From contig CBDFGE010000001.1 of assembly GCA_965247055.1 (NCBI GenBank), forward strand, positions 145,956-209,955: a stretch of DNA of 64,000 nt, written 5' to 3'. Source of the DNA: Dehalococcoidia bacterium (GTDB lineage Bacteria; Chloroflexota; Dehalococcoidia; Lucifugimonadales; JAGWBF01). The stretch's first letter is position 1, and the number at the start of each line of letters is the position of its first letter. Made by a program: the position numbers and the translations under genes. This document shows positions 17,590 through 27,385 of this stretch, one piece after another. Under the pieces are notes generated by a model. It was not told where the DNA came from and ran no database searches. It saw nothing but the letters and a program-made list of their open reading frames with translations.

Positions 17590-18273
17590 CTAGTGCTCGC
17601 GGAAGCTCGCCTCTGTGGTCTCCTCCAGGCGCAACGGGGCGAACTCCCCGTGGAGCAGAGCCTCCACCAGGTCCTGCTCGCTGCGAATGGCCCCCGGGAA
17701 GGATGTCAGGCATGCCCCGATGGAGCTAACCAGATGGGCATCGCTGCCGGCGATCCCCATGTAGCCCCGGTTCGCCGCCAACTCCATCCCCCTTTCGTTC
17801 TCCCCCCTGCGGCTGCCCCCGTTTAGGGTCTCCACGATGCTAAGGCCGGGAAACTCCACGCCCCTGTCCATGAACTCGCAGAGCCCGATGCCGGCCCTGC
17901 CTGGATGGGCCGGCACAGCGATGGCGCCGCGCCGCGCCGCCTCTTCTACAAGCTGGAACGAGTCGATGGCCACGTCGGAGAAGTCAACGGAGCCGAGCAG
18001 TCCGTCGCTGACACCGTACACCAGGAAGTGGCCGTGCAGCGTGTCCAGCTCAGACCCCTTCAGCACCAGCACCCCGTACTGTCGTGCCAAGCCCGAATAG
18101 TCGATAGCCTTGTCGAACTTGCGGTGCTCCGTGAGAACGATGCCATCGATGGAATAGCCACGCTTTCTGAGCACCTGTATCCACTTCAAGTACTGCTCGA
18201 CCGTCGCTCGGGAGTCGTCCGAGGAGACGGAGTGGCTGTGCATGTCTATCAGGGTCCGGCCCGTTTCGAGCAC
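17590..18273 (-). CDS. PHP-domain metal-dependent phosphoesterase
   Basis: IDMHSHSVSSDD at the N-terminus, with GIAGSDAH and VPAHPGR His motifs of the PHP fold. The exact start is uncertain (GTG 18273 or ATG 18243). Confidence 0.75.
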   Translation of the reverse strand: MLETGRTLIDMHSHSVSSDDSRATVEQYLKWIQVLRKRGYSIDGIVLTEHRKFDKAIDYSGLARQYGVLVLKGSELDTLHGHFLVYGVSDGLLGSVDFSDVAIDSFQLVEEAARRGAIAVPAHPGRAGIGLCEFMDRGVEFPGLSIVETLNGGSRRGENERGMELAANRGYMGIAGSDAHLVSSIGACLTSFPGAIRSEQDLVEALLHGEFAPLRLEETTEASFREH

Positions 18274-18359
18274 CTCCTGGCGAGGAACAACGCCCCCGGT
18301 ATCGAGGGTTGTTGAGATACACCCTGGGACGCCTTGCTAAGGCGATTCGCCGGTAAATA

Positions 18360-18795
18360 TCGGGGAGTGAGGCAGGCCTGTAAGCCGGGTTCTGTGTCCC
18401 CATGGTCGAAGCATCGACGCCCGTAGGCGCGATCACCCGCCCTTTGGGAGCGGTGACCATCTCTCTAGGCCCGCCGTTGCCGACGGACTCAAGCGGCCAA
18501 CCCGGGGACGGGCCAGGCACCCATAGTCCCCCTATTTGGCCTTGCTCCAGGTGGGGTTTAGCCACCGCCGTGTCACCACGGCCGGCCGGACGCTCTTACC
18601 GTCCGTTTTCAACCTTACCGCGCCGGCCCGAAGGCCGCCGTGGCGGTGTGGTTTCTGTGCCACTTTCCGTCCCCCGGATGATGTATCCCACCATCCGGGG
18701 GCCTGGGCGTTACCCAGCACCCTGCCCGGTGGAGCCCGGACTTTCCTCTCCCCCGACCTTGCGGGGCAGCGGTCACCCGGCCTGCCCTATCCCAA
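18360..18795 (-). ncRNA. rnpB: RNase P RNA, bacterial type A
   Basis: On the minus strand the universal P4 strands are both present: GAGGAAAGUCCGGGCUCC (reverse complement of 18731..18748) and ACAGAACCCGGCUUAC (reverse complement of 18380..18395). P1 pairs GGCAGGCC with GGCCUGCC at the two ends. No convincing CDS lies in this 570-nt gap. Confidence 0.88.
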
Positions 18796-18848
18796 GAGCA
18801 CTCTAGCATATCCCCCTGAGAGGGTCAAGCTGGCCCGATTCGTGGCGC

Positions 18849-19562
18849 CTAGCTCACGTAGAGTATCCGTCCGCAACTGTTGCACAGTACCCGCTCGCGG
18901 CCCCCACGAGCCCGCTGGAGCTGGTGAGTCGGAAGGGCCATGCGGCAGCCTCTGCACAGGCCTCGCTCCACTTTGGCGATGGCCTGGCCTCCCTTGGCCG
19001 ACCTCAGACCCTCGTAAAGTTTCAGCTCCTGCTGTCCCATAGCCGAGGCCAGCTCCCCCCGGCGCGTTTCCAGGTCAGCCACCTCATCCGCAAGCCTTTG
19101 CCGCTCCCTTACGAGCTCCCCCTGACTGACGCGCCACTCTTCCTCGGCCCGGGCAAGCTCCTTCTCCAGGGACCGAAGCGTCTCCTGCGCCTCCTCCAGT
19201 CCCACCATCGACTCCAGAAGCTGGTCGTCCAAACCCTTCATCTGGATCTTCAGAGACGCCGCCTCCCGTTCGTGGCCCTCAATCTCCCGAAGATTCGTCA
19301 CTTCACCGCCGTATAGCCTGGCCTCCACCTGTTGGATCTTTTCTCTCACGGACCCGGCGTCCAACTCCCTGGCCCGTTGCGCGAGGCGCAAGGCGTTGAG
19401 GAACGCCCGTCTATCCGCGCGCTCCTGGGTCAGCCTGTCCAGCTCCACCCGGTCTCCCAGATGGCCGTCTATCGAGGAGATCCTGCCTTTGCGCCAGTCG
19501 ATCTCAACGTCCACCTCTTGAAGGTCGTACATCTGCCTGACGGTGGTCATCACCGACACCAA
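18849..19562 (-). CDS. coiled-coil protein with a C-terminal C4 zinc ribbon (COG1579-like)
   Basis: 237 aa. A long heptad-like region is followed by CRGCRMALP...CNSCGRILY. Confidence 0.72.
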   Translation of the reverse strand: MVSVMTTVRQMYDLQEVDVEIDWRKGRISSIDGHLGDRVELDRLTQERADRRAFLNALRLAQRARELDAGSVREKIQQVEARLYGGEVTNLREIEGHEREAASLKIQMKGLDDQLLESMVGLEEAQETLRSLEKELARAEEEWRVSQGELVRERQRLADEVADLETRRGELASAMGQQELKLYEGLRSAKGGQAIAKVERGLCRGCRMALPTHQLQRARGGRERVLCNSCGRILYVS

Positions 19563-19656
19563 GCCAACTAGGGATGAAATTAGGCCTGGTTAGGATTGTA
19601 GGTAGGGCTCGGGCGATTGTCAACGGGCGGTAAGCGGGTGCAATGAAGATAGATAC

Positions 19657-21867
19657 ATGATAAAATCTGTCTGGAGTCGCCTGGCGAGGGGCAAATTGTT
19701 GCTTCGGATACTTAACACCCTGACCAAAAGGGTTGAAGAGGTCTCTACCCTGGAGCCGGGGGTCGCGCGGATGTACACCTGTGGCCCCACCGTATACAGG
19801 TATGCCCATATCGGGAACCTGCGCACATACCTCATGGCCGACTGGCTCAGAAGGGTGCTGGAATGCGGCGGCTACGAGGTGGTCCACGTCAAGAACATCA
19901 CCGACGTAGGCCACATGCGTATGGAGATGCTGGAGTCCGGCGGCGACAAGGTGGTCACCGCTGCCCTCGCGGAGGGCAAGACACCCCAGGAGATCGCACA
20001 GTACTACACCAGCGCCTTTCACCGCGATGAAGAAAGGCTCAATATTCTTCCGGCCCACCATCACCCCCGGGCCACCGGACACATACACGAAATGATCGCG
20101 ATGATTGAGCGGCTTTTCGAGAAGGGCTACGCGTACCAGTCTGGAGGCAACGTTTACTTCGACGTTAGCAAGTTTGCCGACTACGGCAAGCTGTCCGGCA
20201 ACCTCCAGCAGGGCCTAATGGAGGGGGTACGGGCGGAGGTGGACCCCCTCAAGAGAAGCCCACGGGACTTCACCCTCTGGAAAGCGGCGGAACCTGGCCG
20301 CGACATGAAGTGGGACAGCCCATGGGGAGAAGGATTCCCGGGGTGGCACATCGAGTGCTCCGCTATGTCCACCAGGTACATGGGGGAGCAGCTGGACATA
20401 CACACCGGCGGAGTGGACAACATCTTCCCCCATCACGAAGATGAGATAGCCCAGAGCGAGGCGGCCTTCGGCAAACCCTTCGTTCGCTACTGGCTCCACG
20501 GCCAGCACCTTCTGGCCGATGGGGTCAAAATGGCGAAGTCCGCCAGAAACGAGTTCATTCTGGCCGACCTGGAACAGCGGGGGTTCGACCCCCTGTCATT
20601 CCGGTATCTTTGCCTCACCACAAGGTACCGGCACAGGATGAACTTCACCTTTTTGGCCCTGCGAGCCGCCGAGACGGCCCTCACCAGCCTGCGGGACCGG
20701 GTGTGGGAGTGGCGGAACGCACCCGCTATCGACGAGCTTCCGGAGGAGTCCCACGGGTGGCAGGAGCGATTTACCGAAGCCGTGCACGCAGACCTTGATA
20801 TGCCCAGGGCCCTCGCCATTACCTGGGATATGGTCCGCTCTCCCATCCCCGGCAGGGCCAAACTTCAGCTGCTCCTGGGATTCGACCGCATCCTCGGGCT
20901 GGGACTGGACAGGGTTTCAGACCGTTACGAGTTACCCCACCATATCCAGTCCAGCATCGGCGAGAGGGAAGAGCTCCGGGCCCGAGCGCAGTACGAGAGG
21001 GCGGATGGGATGCGGTCCGCCATATCGGCCAGCGGCTACCTGGTCGGGGACACCTGTCAAAGCACCAGGGTCCGCCCCAAGACGGAGCTGGAGAAACGGC
21101 AGGACCGCTGGCAGGAGGTATCCTCCTCCAGGGAAGTGGAATCGCACCTGGACCTGCCTCCAGAGCTGGACTTCTCCGTGGTCGTGACGGCCAGCAACTA
21201 CCTGGACGACGTGGTGCGCTGCACCGAGACCGCCTTGAAGTGGGCCGGGGGGCATTCCACCGAGCTGATAGTGGTGGACAATGGCTCCAGCGACGGCACA
21301 TCGGAATGGCTGGAGGCGCTACACGAAAGGGACCCCAGAGCCAGGGTCATCCACTGCGACCACATCCTCGGCGAGGCGGCGGCAAGGAATATCGGCCTCA
21401 AACAGAGCCTGGGCCGGACCGTGTTAATACTTGATACCTCGGTGGAGGTGGCGGGAGATGTGCTCGGGCCTATCGGGCGCTGGCTTGAAGACGACACCGT
21501 GGGTATCATCGGCCCCTGGGGGCTCAGGACCACCGACCTCCGCCACTTCCACGAGGAGGTCGGGGATGGGGACGCGGACGCCATCCAGGCGTACTGTATG
21601 GCCTTTCGTCGTGCCCACATCAAGCAGGTAGGGCTGATGAGAGAGACGTTCCGCTTCTATCGCAACCTCGACCTCGACTACAGCTTCCAGTTCAAGGCCC
21701 AAGGATACCGAACGGTGGCCGACGGCACCCTGCCGTTAAGCCGCCACGAACACCGGCAGTGGGCTGCTCTCGGTGAGGCCGAGCGGGACCAGCTAAGCGC
21801 GAAGAACTTCAAGCGTTTCCTTAAGACGTGGGGCGACAGGGCCGACTTGCTCTTATCCAGGACGTAG
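19657..21867 (+). CDS. cysS: cysteine--tRNA ligase-type enzyme fused to a C-terminal GT2 glycosyltransferase domain
   Basis: The CysRS motifs are MYTCGPTVYRYAHIGN, PGWHIECS, FPHHEDEIAQSEA and KMAKS, plus a C-terminal helical region. From about nt 21170 the GT-A motifs are FSVVVTASNY, VVDNGSSDGT and LILDTSVEV. The real start may be TTG 19696/19699, which would give (L)LRILNTLTK. Confidence 0.85.
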   Translation: MIKSVWSRLARGKLLLRILNTLTKRVEEVSTLEPGVARMYTCGPTVYRYAHIGNLRTYLMADWLRRVLECGGYEVVHVKNITDVGHMRMEMLESGGDKVVTAALAEGKTPQEIAQYYTSAFHRDEERLNILPAHHHPRATGHIHEMIAMIERLFEKGYAYQSGGNVYFDVSKFADYGKLSGNLQQGLMEGVRAEVDPLKRSPRDFTLWKAAEPGRDMKWDSPWGEGFPGWHIECSAMSTRYMGEQLDIHTGGVDNIFPHHEDEIAQSEAAFGKPFVRYWLHGQHLLADGVKMAKSARNEFILADLEQRGFDPLSFRYLCLTTRYRHRMNFTFLALRAAETALTSLRDRVWEWRNAPAIDELPEESHGWQERFTEAVHADLDMPRALAITWDMVRSPIPGRAKLQLLLGFDRILGLGLDRVSDRYELPHHIQSSIGEREELRARAQYERADGMRSAISASGYLVGDTCQSTRVRPKTELEKRQDRWQEVSSSREVESHLDLPPELDFSVVVTASNYLDDVVRCTETALKWAGGHSTELIVVDNGSSDGTSEWLEALHERDPRARVIHCDHILGEAAARNIGLKQSLGRTVLILDTSVEVAGDVLGPIGRWLEDDTVGIIGPWGLRTTDLRHFHEEVGDGDADAIQAYCMAFRRAHIKQVGLMRETFRFYRNLDLDYSFQFKAQGYRTVADGTLPLSRHEHRQWAALGEAERDQLSAKNFKRFLKTWGDRADLLLSRT

Positions 21868-22068
21868 GGACGAAGCTCCCGGCCCCATCGAGATTGCCTC
21901 TGGACAGCCCCAGACCTCTGCCCGCCCCGGTGCGGGCCGCCGCCTGAAAGGGGTCCGTGCACGGAGCGTTACGCGGGAGTGGCCCAGGGCTGGAGGAAAC
22001 CTTGAGGAGCATGCCGGAGCGGTGACCAGCCTTGAACGAGCAGTTCAGCTTTCGGAGGTTTTAGCGGC

Positions 22069-22779
22069 ATGAGTGAGGAAGAACCCTACCGGCGTGGCAT
22101 GGTGGTTGTGGCCCACGCCGACGACGCCGAGTACGGGTGCTCGGCCACCGTGGCGAAATGGTGCAGGGAAGGCATGGTGGTGGTCTACGTCATCTGCACC
22201 GATGGCAGCAAGGGAAGCAGCGACCCGGACATGACTCTGGGGAGGCTGGTGGAGATACGTCGCGAGGAGCAGCTTGCGGCGGCCAAGGTGCTGGGGGTCA
22301 AGGAGGTGGTGTTTCTGGGCTACGAGGACTCCATGCTCCAGCCAACCCTTGAGCTGAGGCGTGACATCGCACGGGAGATCAGGAAGCACAGGCCCGATGT
22401 CCTGATATGTCCCAGCCCCATCAGAAACCTGCGTGGCACCCACTACATAGGACACCCCGACCATCTGGCTGTGGGGGAGGCCGCCCTGTCCGCGGTCTTC
22501 CCCACAGCCAGGGACAGGCTCACCTTCTCGGAGCTGCTGGAAGAGGGACTGGAGCCCCATAAGGTGCGCGAAGTGCTGGTAATAGGCGACCCCGAGCCGG
22601 ACAAGTGGATCGATGTCTCGGATACCGTAGAGATCGCCATAGAGGCGCTGAAGCAGCACGTGTCCCAGGTCGGGGACGGCGAGGACGGCTACACCTGGAT
22701 GAGAGAGCGAAGGCGCATCGCAGGGCAGCACCACGGCATGAAGTACGCCGAGACCTTCAACCATTTCCATTTCAGTTAG
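22069..22779 (+). CDS. PIG-L / LmbE family N-acetylglucosaminyl deacetylase
   Basis: 236 aa. VVVAHADDAEYGCSATV, TDGSKGS and HPDHLAVGEA are the family zinc-site motifs. Confidence 0.85.
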   Translation: MSEEEPYRRGMVVVAHADDAEYGCSATVAKWCREGMVVVYVICTDGSKGSSDPDMTLGRLVEIRREEQLAAAKVLGVKEVVFLGYEDSMLQPTLELRRDIAREIRKHRPDVLICPSPIRNLRGTHYIGHPDHLAVGEAALSAVFPTARDRLTFSELLEEGLEPHKVREVLVIGDPEPDKWIDVSDTVEIAIEALKQHVSQVGDGEDGYTWMRERRRIAGQHHGMKYAETFNHFHFS

Positions 22780-22803
22780 GCGAGTCTGACGGAGGAACGG
22801 ACA

Positions 22804-23811
22804 ATGGCTTCAGACACTTCCACCACCGTGGAACCCTATGTCTACGTCGGGGCGGGCACCGGGGGTCTGTACCGCAAGGCACCGGGGTCGGAGGACTGGG
22901 AAGAGCTTACCAACGGGCTTCCGACGTCCCCGGAGGTACATGCTCTCGGAATCCATCCCCTACAGCCCGGGGTGGTGTTCGCCGGCACTCAGGACGGCCT
23001 CTATCGGAGCGGCAGCCGCGGCGACCACTGGAGACGGCTGAACATGCCGGTCACAGGCAGCGTCGTCTGGTCGCTGCTCTTCCGGCCCCATAGACCCAGC
23101 GTGATGTATGTGGGCATGGCTCCTGCCCAGATCTTTCGCACCTGGGATGGAGGCGATTCCTGGGAGTCCCTTCCTTTTTACCCCGGAGCCGACACCGTCA
23201 CCATGTCCTTCGAGACCCGCGTCATTGCCATGGCAGTGAGCCCGAGCAACCCCGACGAGATGTACTCGGCCCTTGAGGTCGGTGGGGTGATGCGTAGCCT
23301 GGACGGCGGTGAGACGTGGGAGCCCATCAACAAGGGGCTGGCCGAGGGAGGGGAGGACCGGCTGGACCTCCATGGGGTGCAGATCAGCCCGGCCCAGCCG
23401 GACACCGCCTACATCAGCACCCGGCAGGGCATGTTCCGGGGTCCCGACCGAGGCAGCCGGTGGGAGTTCATCGACCTGGCGAGCTATTCTCCCATCGGTT
23501 ACACGCGCGACCTGCTTCTATCGCCCTCTGATCCCAAGACCCTATACGTGTCCCTCGGCAGGGCGGCCCGAAGCGATGCGGGGGCGCTTTTCCGCAGCCG
23601 TGACCTGGGAAAGACGTGGGAGCGTGCGGACCATGGCGTCACGCCGCGGAGCACCATGATGGCGGTAGCGGTCAACGCGCGGCGGTCCTCCCAGGTGTTC
23701 TGCGCCACCCGCGACGGCCAGGTCTTCGGCTCACTGGACGACGGCGCCACCTGGAAGGAGTACCGGCTACCCGAGGCGGCCACAGAGGTCTACGCCCTGG
23801 CGGTGGCATGA
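22804..23811 (+). CDS. BNR/Asp-box repeat beta-propeller protein (sialidase / Ycf48-like fold)
   Basis: Six or seven repeats of the S/x-x-D-x-G-x-T/S-W type: WDGGDSWES, SLDGGETWEP, SRDLGKTWER, SLDDGATWKE. Confidence 0.7.
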   Translation: MASDTSTTVEPYVYVGAGTGGLYRKAPGSEDWEELTNGLPTSPEVHALGIHPLQPGVVFAGTQDGLYRSGSRGDHWRRLNMPVTGSVVWSLLFRPHRPSVMYVGMAPAQIFRTWDGGDSWESLPFYPGADTVTMSFETRVIAMAVSPSNPDEMYSALEVGGVMRSLDGGETWEPINKGLAEGGEDRLDLHGVQISPAQPDTAYISTRQGMFRGPDRGSRWEFIDLASYSPIGYTRDLLLSPSDPKTLYVSLGRAARSDAGALFRSRDLGKTWERADHGVTPRSTMMAVAVNARRSSQVFCATRDGQVFGSLDDGATWKEYRLPEAATEVYALAVA

Positions 23812-23832
23812 CCCCAGGGATGAGGAGGTACC

Positions 23833-24807
23833 ATGAGGGGCGTTAGATTCCACAGCTTCGGGGGACCGGAAGTCCTGGTGTACGAAGATGGCCTTCCACG
23901 TCCCAAACCCGGCAGAGGAGAGGTCCTGATCAAGGTGGCCGGCGCGGGAGTGAACTACACCGACCTGACACGGCGGGCAGTCATCAACCCAGGCCTGGAC
24001 CTCCCGGCCACCCTGGGTGTCGAGGTCTCCGGCACCGTCGAAGAGGTGGGGCCCGGCGAAGCGGCGTTCGCGGTTGGCGACAGGGTAATGGCCCAGCGGG
24101 CCGGCGTCGCCGGCCAGGCCGAGTACGCCGTCGCAGACGCCTCCCTGACGTTCCCCTGCCCTCCCGACATCGACCTGGTACTGGCCGGAGCCATTCCCAA
24201 TACCTTCCTTACCGCATATCATCTGGTGAAAACCCGCGCCCAGATACGGCCCGGGGAGACCGTCCTGGTACAGGCCGGGGCATCGGGCATAGGCACGGCG
24301 GCGATCCAGGTCGCCAGGGTCTGGGGGGGGGCGCGGGTCATCGCGACGGCCTCGACGGAGGAGAAGCTGGAGCTGGCGAGGTCCCTGGGCGCCCAGGACA
24401 CCATCAACTATGCGACCCACGACTTCGAGGCAGAGGTGAGGGCGCTAACTTCCGGGGCGGGAGTGGATGTGGTGCTGGAGTGCGTGGGAGGGGAAGTGCT
24501 GGAGAAGAGCCTTCGGTGCCTGGCCCCTTTCGGCCGCCTGGTCGTCTACGGGAACATCAGCGGCAGCCCTTCTTCCCTCCAGGCAGGGGAGGTATTCATG
24601 AAGAACCGCTCGGTACTGGGCCTGGGAATGGGCAGCGGCCAGGGAGTGCTGGACCACCACGCGGCTATGGCGGAGATGGTCCCCCTCTTCCAGTCCGGCC
24701 GGATACGGGTGGCCGTAGCCAGGGTCCTGCCCATGTCGGAGGTGTCCCAGGCCCACGCCATTCTCGAAGCCCGAAAGATAGGTGGCAAGGTGATCCTCAC
24801 TCCTTGA
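23833..24807 (+). CDS. NADPH:quinone oxidoreductase / MDR-family zinc-type alcohol dehydrogenase-like
   Basis: 324 aa. VLIKVAGAGVNYTD and VLVQAGASGIGTAAIQVA Rossmann motif. Confidence 0.85.
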   Translation: MRGVRFHSFGGPEVLVYEDGLPRPKPGRGEVLIKVAGAGVNYTDLTRRAVINPGLDLPATLGVEVSGTVEEVGPGEAAFAVGDRVMAQRAGVAGQAEYAVADASLTFPCPPDIDLVLAGAIPNTFLTAYHLVKTRAQIRPGETVLVQAGASGIGTAAIQVARVWGGARVIATASTEEKLELARSLGAQDTINYATHDFEAEVRALTSGAGVDVVLECVGGEVLEKSLRCLAPFGRLVVYGNISGSPSSLQAGEVFMKNRSVLGLGMGSGQGVLDHHAAMAEMVPLFQSGRIRVAVARVLPMSEVSQAHAILEARKIGGKVILTP

Positions 24808-24910
24808 GCTGCGGTGCCATCCCAGACGGGGTCCCTGTGCCCCCTAGGGTTTCGCCATCTAACCCTTTCTGCTAGACTGGCCCAAGCCCTCCACCAGAGA
24901 GTCCATTAGT

Positions 24911-25201
24911 ATGTCTATCAGTAGAGAAGAAGTGCAGCACATAGCGGCCCTGTGCCGCATCGGCATGACCGAGGAGGACCTGGAAAGGTTCCCGGAGCAG
25001 CTCTCCCACATCCTGGAGATGTTCGAGGTCCTTCAGGAGATGGACACCGACGACGTACCTCCGACGGGTCACTCGGTCACGTCGGGGACCGTGTGGCGGG
25101 AGGACGAATCCCGCCCCTCCTCCCCAATAGAAGAGTCCCTCTCCAACGCACCCCTAAGGGAGGGCGACCTGATCCGCGTCAAGGCCGTGCTGGGGGAGTA
25201 G
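24911..25201 (+). CDS. gatC: Asp/Glu-tRNA amidotransferase subunit C
   Basis: 96 aa. ISREEVQHIAALCRIGMTEEDLERF...DTDDVPPTGH is the typical GatC pattern. Confidence 0.9.
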   Translation: MSISREEVQHIAALCRIGMTEEDLERFPEQLSHILEMFEVLQEMDTDDVPPTGHSVTSGTVWREDESRPSSPIEESLSNAPLREGDLIRVKAVLGE

Positions 25202-25228
25202 CGTGCTCAGGGTTTCGGTAAAACTGCC

Positions 25229-26686
25229 TTGACCGATCTGTGGCGGCTCACCGCCCGCGAGGCCCACGACCTCCTGAGAAAAAGGGAGACAAGCTCCCTG
25301 GAGCTGACGGGCCAGTGTCTCGACCGCATCCAGGCGGTGGAGGACCGGGTGAAGGCTTTCGTCACCATCACCCGTGAGACCGCCATCGAGGGGGCCCGCC
25401 GCGCCGACCAGCGTCTCGCCGCCTCAGAGGGGACGGCGCTCACCGGCATACCCATGCAGATCAAGGACGTCATGTGCACCAGGGGCGTCCGCACCACCTG
25501 CTCCTCCCGTATACTGGAGGAGTTCGTCCCCACCTACGACGCGACCGTCGTGGAGAGGCTTTACTCCCAGGATGCCGTACTGCTGGGCAAAGGTAACATG
25601 GACGAGTTCGCGATGGGCTCCTCCACCGAGAACTCGGCCTTCTTCCCCAGCCGGAACCCCTGGGACCTGGACCGGGTGCCCGGCGGCAGCAGCGGCGGCG
25701 GGGCCGCCGCGGTGGCCGCCGGGGAGGCGATCTACGCCCTGGGCTCCGACACCGGCGGCAGCGTGCGCCAGCCGGCATCCCTGTGCGGCGTGGTGGGAAT
25801 GAAGCCCACCTACGGCCTGGTGAGCCGGTTCGGGCTCATCGCCTACGCCTCATCCCTCGATCAGATAGGCCCCATCACCCGGGACGTGGCCGATTGCGCC
25901 CTGGTTCTCAACGCTATCGTGGGACACGATCCCAGGGACTCCACCTCCATGCACCACGAGACGTCCGACTACTGCGGCGCCCTGACGGGAGACATCAGGG
26001 GCCTGCGGATTGGGGTGCCCAGGGAGTACTTCGTCGAGGGGATAGACGAGGCGGTGAGGGATGCGCTGAGCGCGGCTATCTCCCGGCTAGAAGGTCTGGG
26101 GGCGCAACTTGGGGAGGTTTCGTTGCCCAGCACTCCCCACGCGCTCGCCTGCTACTATATCATCGCCCCATCTGAGTGCTCCGCGAACCTGGCGCGGTAC
26201 GACGGGGTGAAGTACGGCTTCTCCTACCGGGACACGGAGAGCATGTGGGAGGCGATGGAGAGGACCCGCCAGCACGGGTTCGGCGCCGAGGTGAAGCGGC
26301 GCATAATGCTGGGCACCTATGCCCTCTCCACGGGATACTACGACGCCTTCTACCTCAAGGCACAGAAGGTCCGCACCCTGATACGCCGGGAGTTCGATGA
26401 GGCCTTCCGCCGTTTCGATGTCCTCGTCACCCCCACCTCCCCCACTGTGGCCTTTCGGCTGGGCGAGAAGACGGAGGATCCGGTGCAGATGTACCTGAGC
26501 GACGTCTACACGGTGCCCGCAAACGTAGCGGGCCTGCCCGCCATATCCGTCCCCTGCGGCTTCAGCGACGGCCTCCCCGTGGGGATGCAGCTTATAGGCC
26601 CACACCTATCCGAGGAGACCCTGCTCAGGGTGGCCCACTCCTACGAGCAGTCCACCGAGTGGCACAAGGCCCGCCCGACCCTTTAG
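25229..26686 (+). CDS. gatA: Asp/Glu-tRNA amidotransferase subunit A
   Basis: 485 aa amidase signature: [14 protein letters not shown] and [13 protein letters not shown]. It follows gatC. Confidence 0.95.
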   Translation: MTDLWRLTAREAHDLLRKRETSSLELTGQCLDRIQAVEDRVKAFVTITRETAIEGARRADQRLAASEGTALTGIPMQIKDVMCTRGVRTTCSSRILEEFVPTYDATVVERLYSQDAVLLGKGNMDEFAMGSSTENSAFFPSRNPWDLDRVPGGSSGGGAAAVAAGEAIYALGSDTGGSVRQPASLCGVVGMKPTYGLVSRFGLIAYASSLDQIGPITRDVADCALVLNAIVGHDPRDSTSMHHETSDYCGALTGDIRGLRIGVPREYFVEGIDEAVRDALSAAISRLEGLGAQLGEVSLPSTPHALACYYIIAPSECSANLARYDGVKYGFSYRDTESMWEAMERTRQHGFGAEVKRRIMLGTYALSTGYYDAFYLKAQKVRTLIRREFDEAFRRFDVLVTPTSPTVAFRLGEKTEDPVQMYLSDVYTVPANVAGLPAISVPCGFSDGLPVGMQLIGPHLSEETLLRVAHSYEQSTEWHKARPTL

Positions 26687-26725
26687 GGGGTCGCCGCCAA
26701 GAACGAAGAGCAAGTCGCGTAGCGG

Positions 26726-26905
26726 CTACTTAGAGGGCTGGCGCCTCTTCCAAGCGACGAGGAAATCCTGTACGTCCTCTCGCATGAAGCGGCGGTCACC
26801 TCGGCATCCGAGCCGGTAGGAACGGATAAGGTCCATATCGGCCCAGCGCCGCACCGAGTTGGGGTGCACGCCCAGCATCTCGGCTGTCTGGGATACGGTG
26901 AGCAT
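26726..26905 (-). CDS. excisionase/MerR-type helix-turn-helix DNA-binding protein (short)
   Basis: MLTVSQTAEMLGVHPNSVRRWADMDLIRSYRLG..DRRF matches the excisionase-family HTH pattern. The start is placed at the internal ATG 26905. The upstream part of the 121-aa ORF looks non-coding. Confidence 0.6.
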   Translation of the reverse strand: MLTVSQTAEMLGVHPNSVRRWADMDLIRSYRLGCRGDRRFMREDVQDFLVAWKRRQPSK

Positions 26906-27385
26906 ATGCCCGTTGGGCGATGCCGTGGGAGAGGCCCCTCTCCGTGTATGCACATCAGTTGGGCTCGCCACAGTCTTCCACCCCCCTTCACACACGCGGG
27001 AGCCGGCTAAGCGCCTGAAGCCCGTTCCGCCACCGTCCCCGTGTACGTCTACGGTAGCAGGATGCTCACCCCAGCCCCAGTGGGTGGGCACCCGGTGGCT
27101 GTAGGGGACCCACCTATGTCTGGCCGGTGCCAGGTGATCTCCACGGGCTGGTGGTCTCAGCCTAGGAGGCGCGACACACCCGGTGGCGAATTCGAGGAGG
27201 TTCCCGCGATATTTGGAGATATGGCTAAGTTAGGTGGACTGACAGTGAGCGTTTACCAGAAGTGAGTAAGTGTCAAGCGTGCCCCGATGGGTAAGCCAGC
27301 GTTGGCAAGAAAGTATCCGATGCCCTGGTCACGAGGGCCCATCGATCATCGCTGCCCTTGGGAGCTGGCCGTAGCGAGGACTCGC

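Noticed and set aside
18402-18806. ORFs of 60-170 aa on both strands between 18050 and 19042.
   Set aside because: This region is explained by the RNase P RNA gene. The ORFs have no coding character.
24323-24331. G9 homopolymer inside the quinone-oxidoreductase gene, as a possible phase-variation tract.
   Set aside because: The reading frame is intact (VWGGAR) and the context is housekeeping-like. It is more likely a compositional accident or a potential sequencing-error hotspot than a contingency locus.
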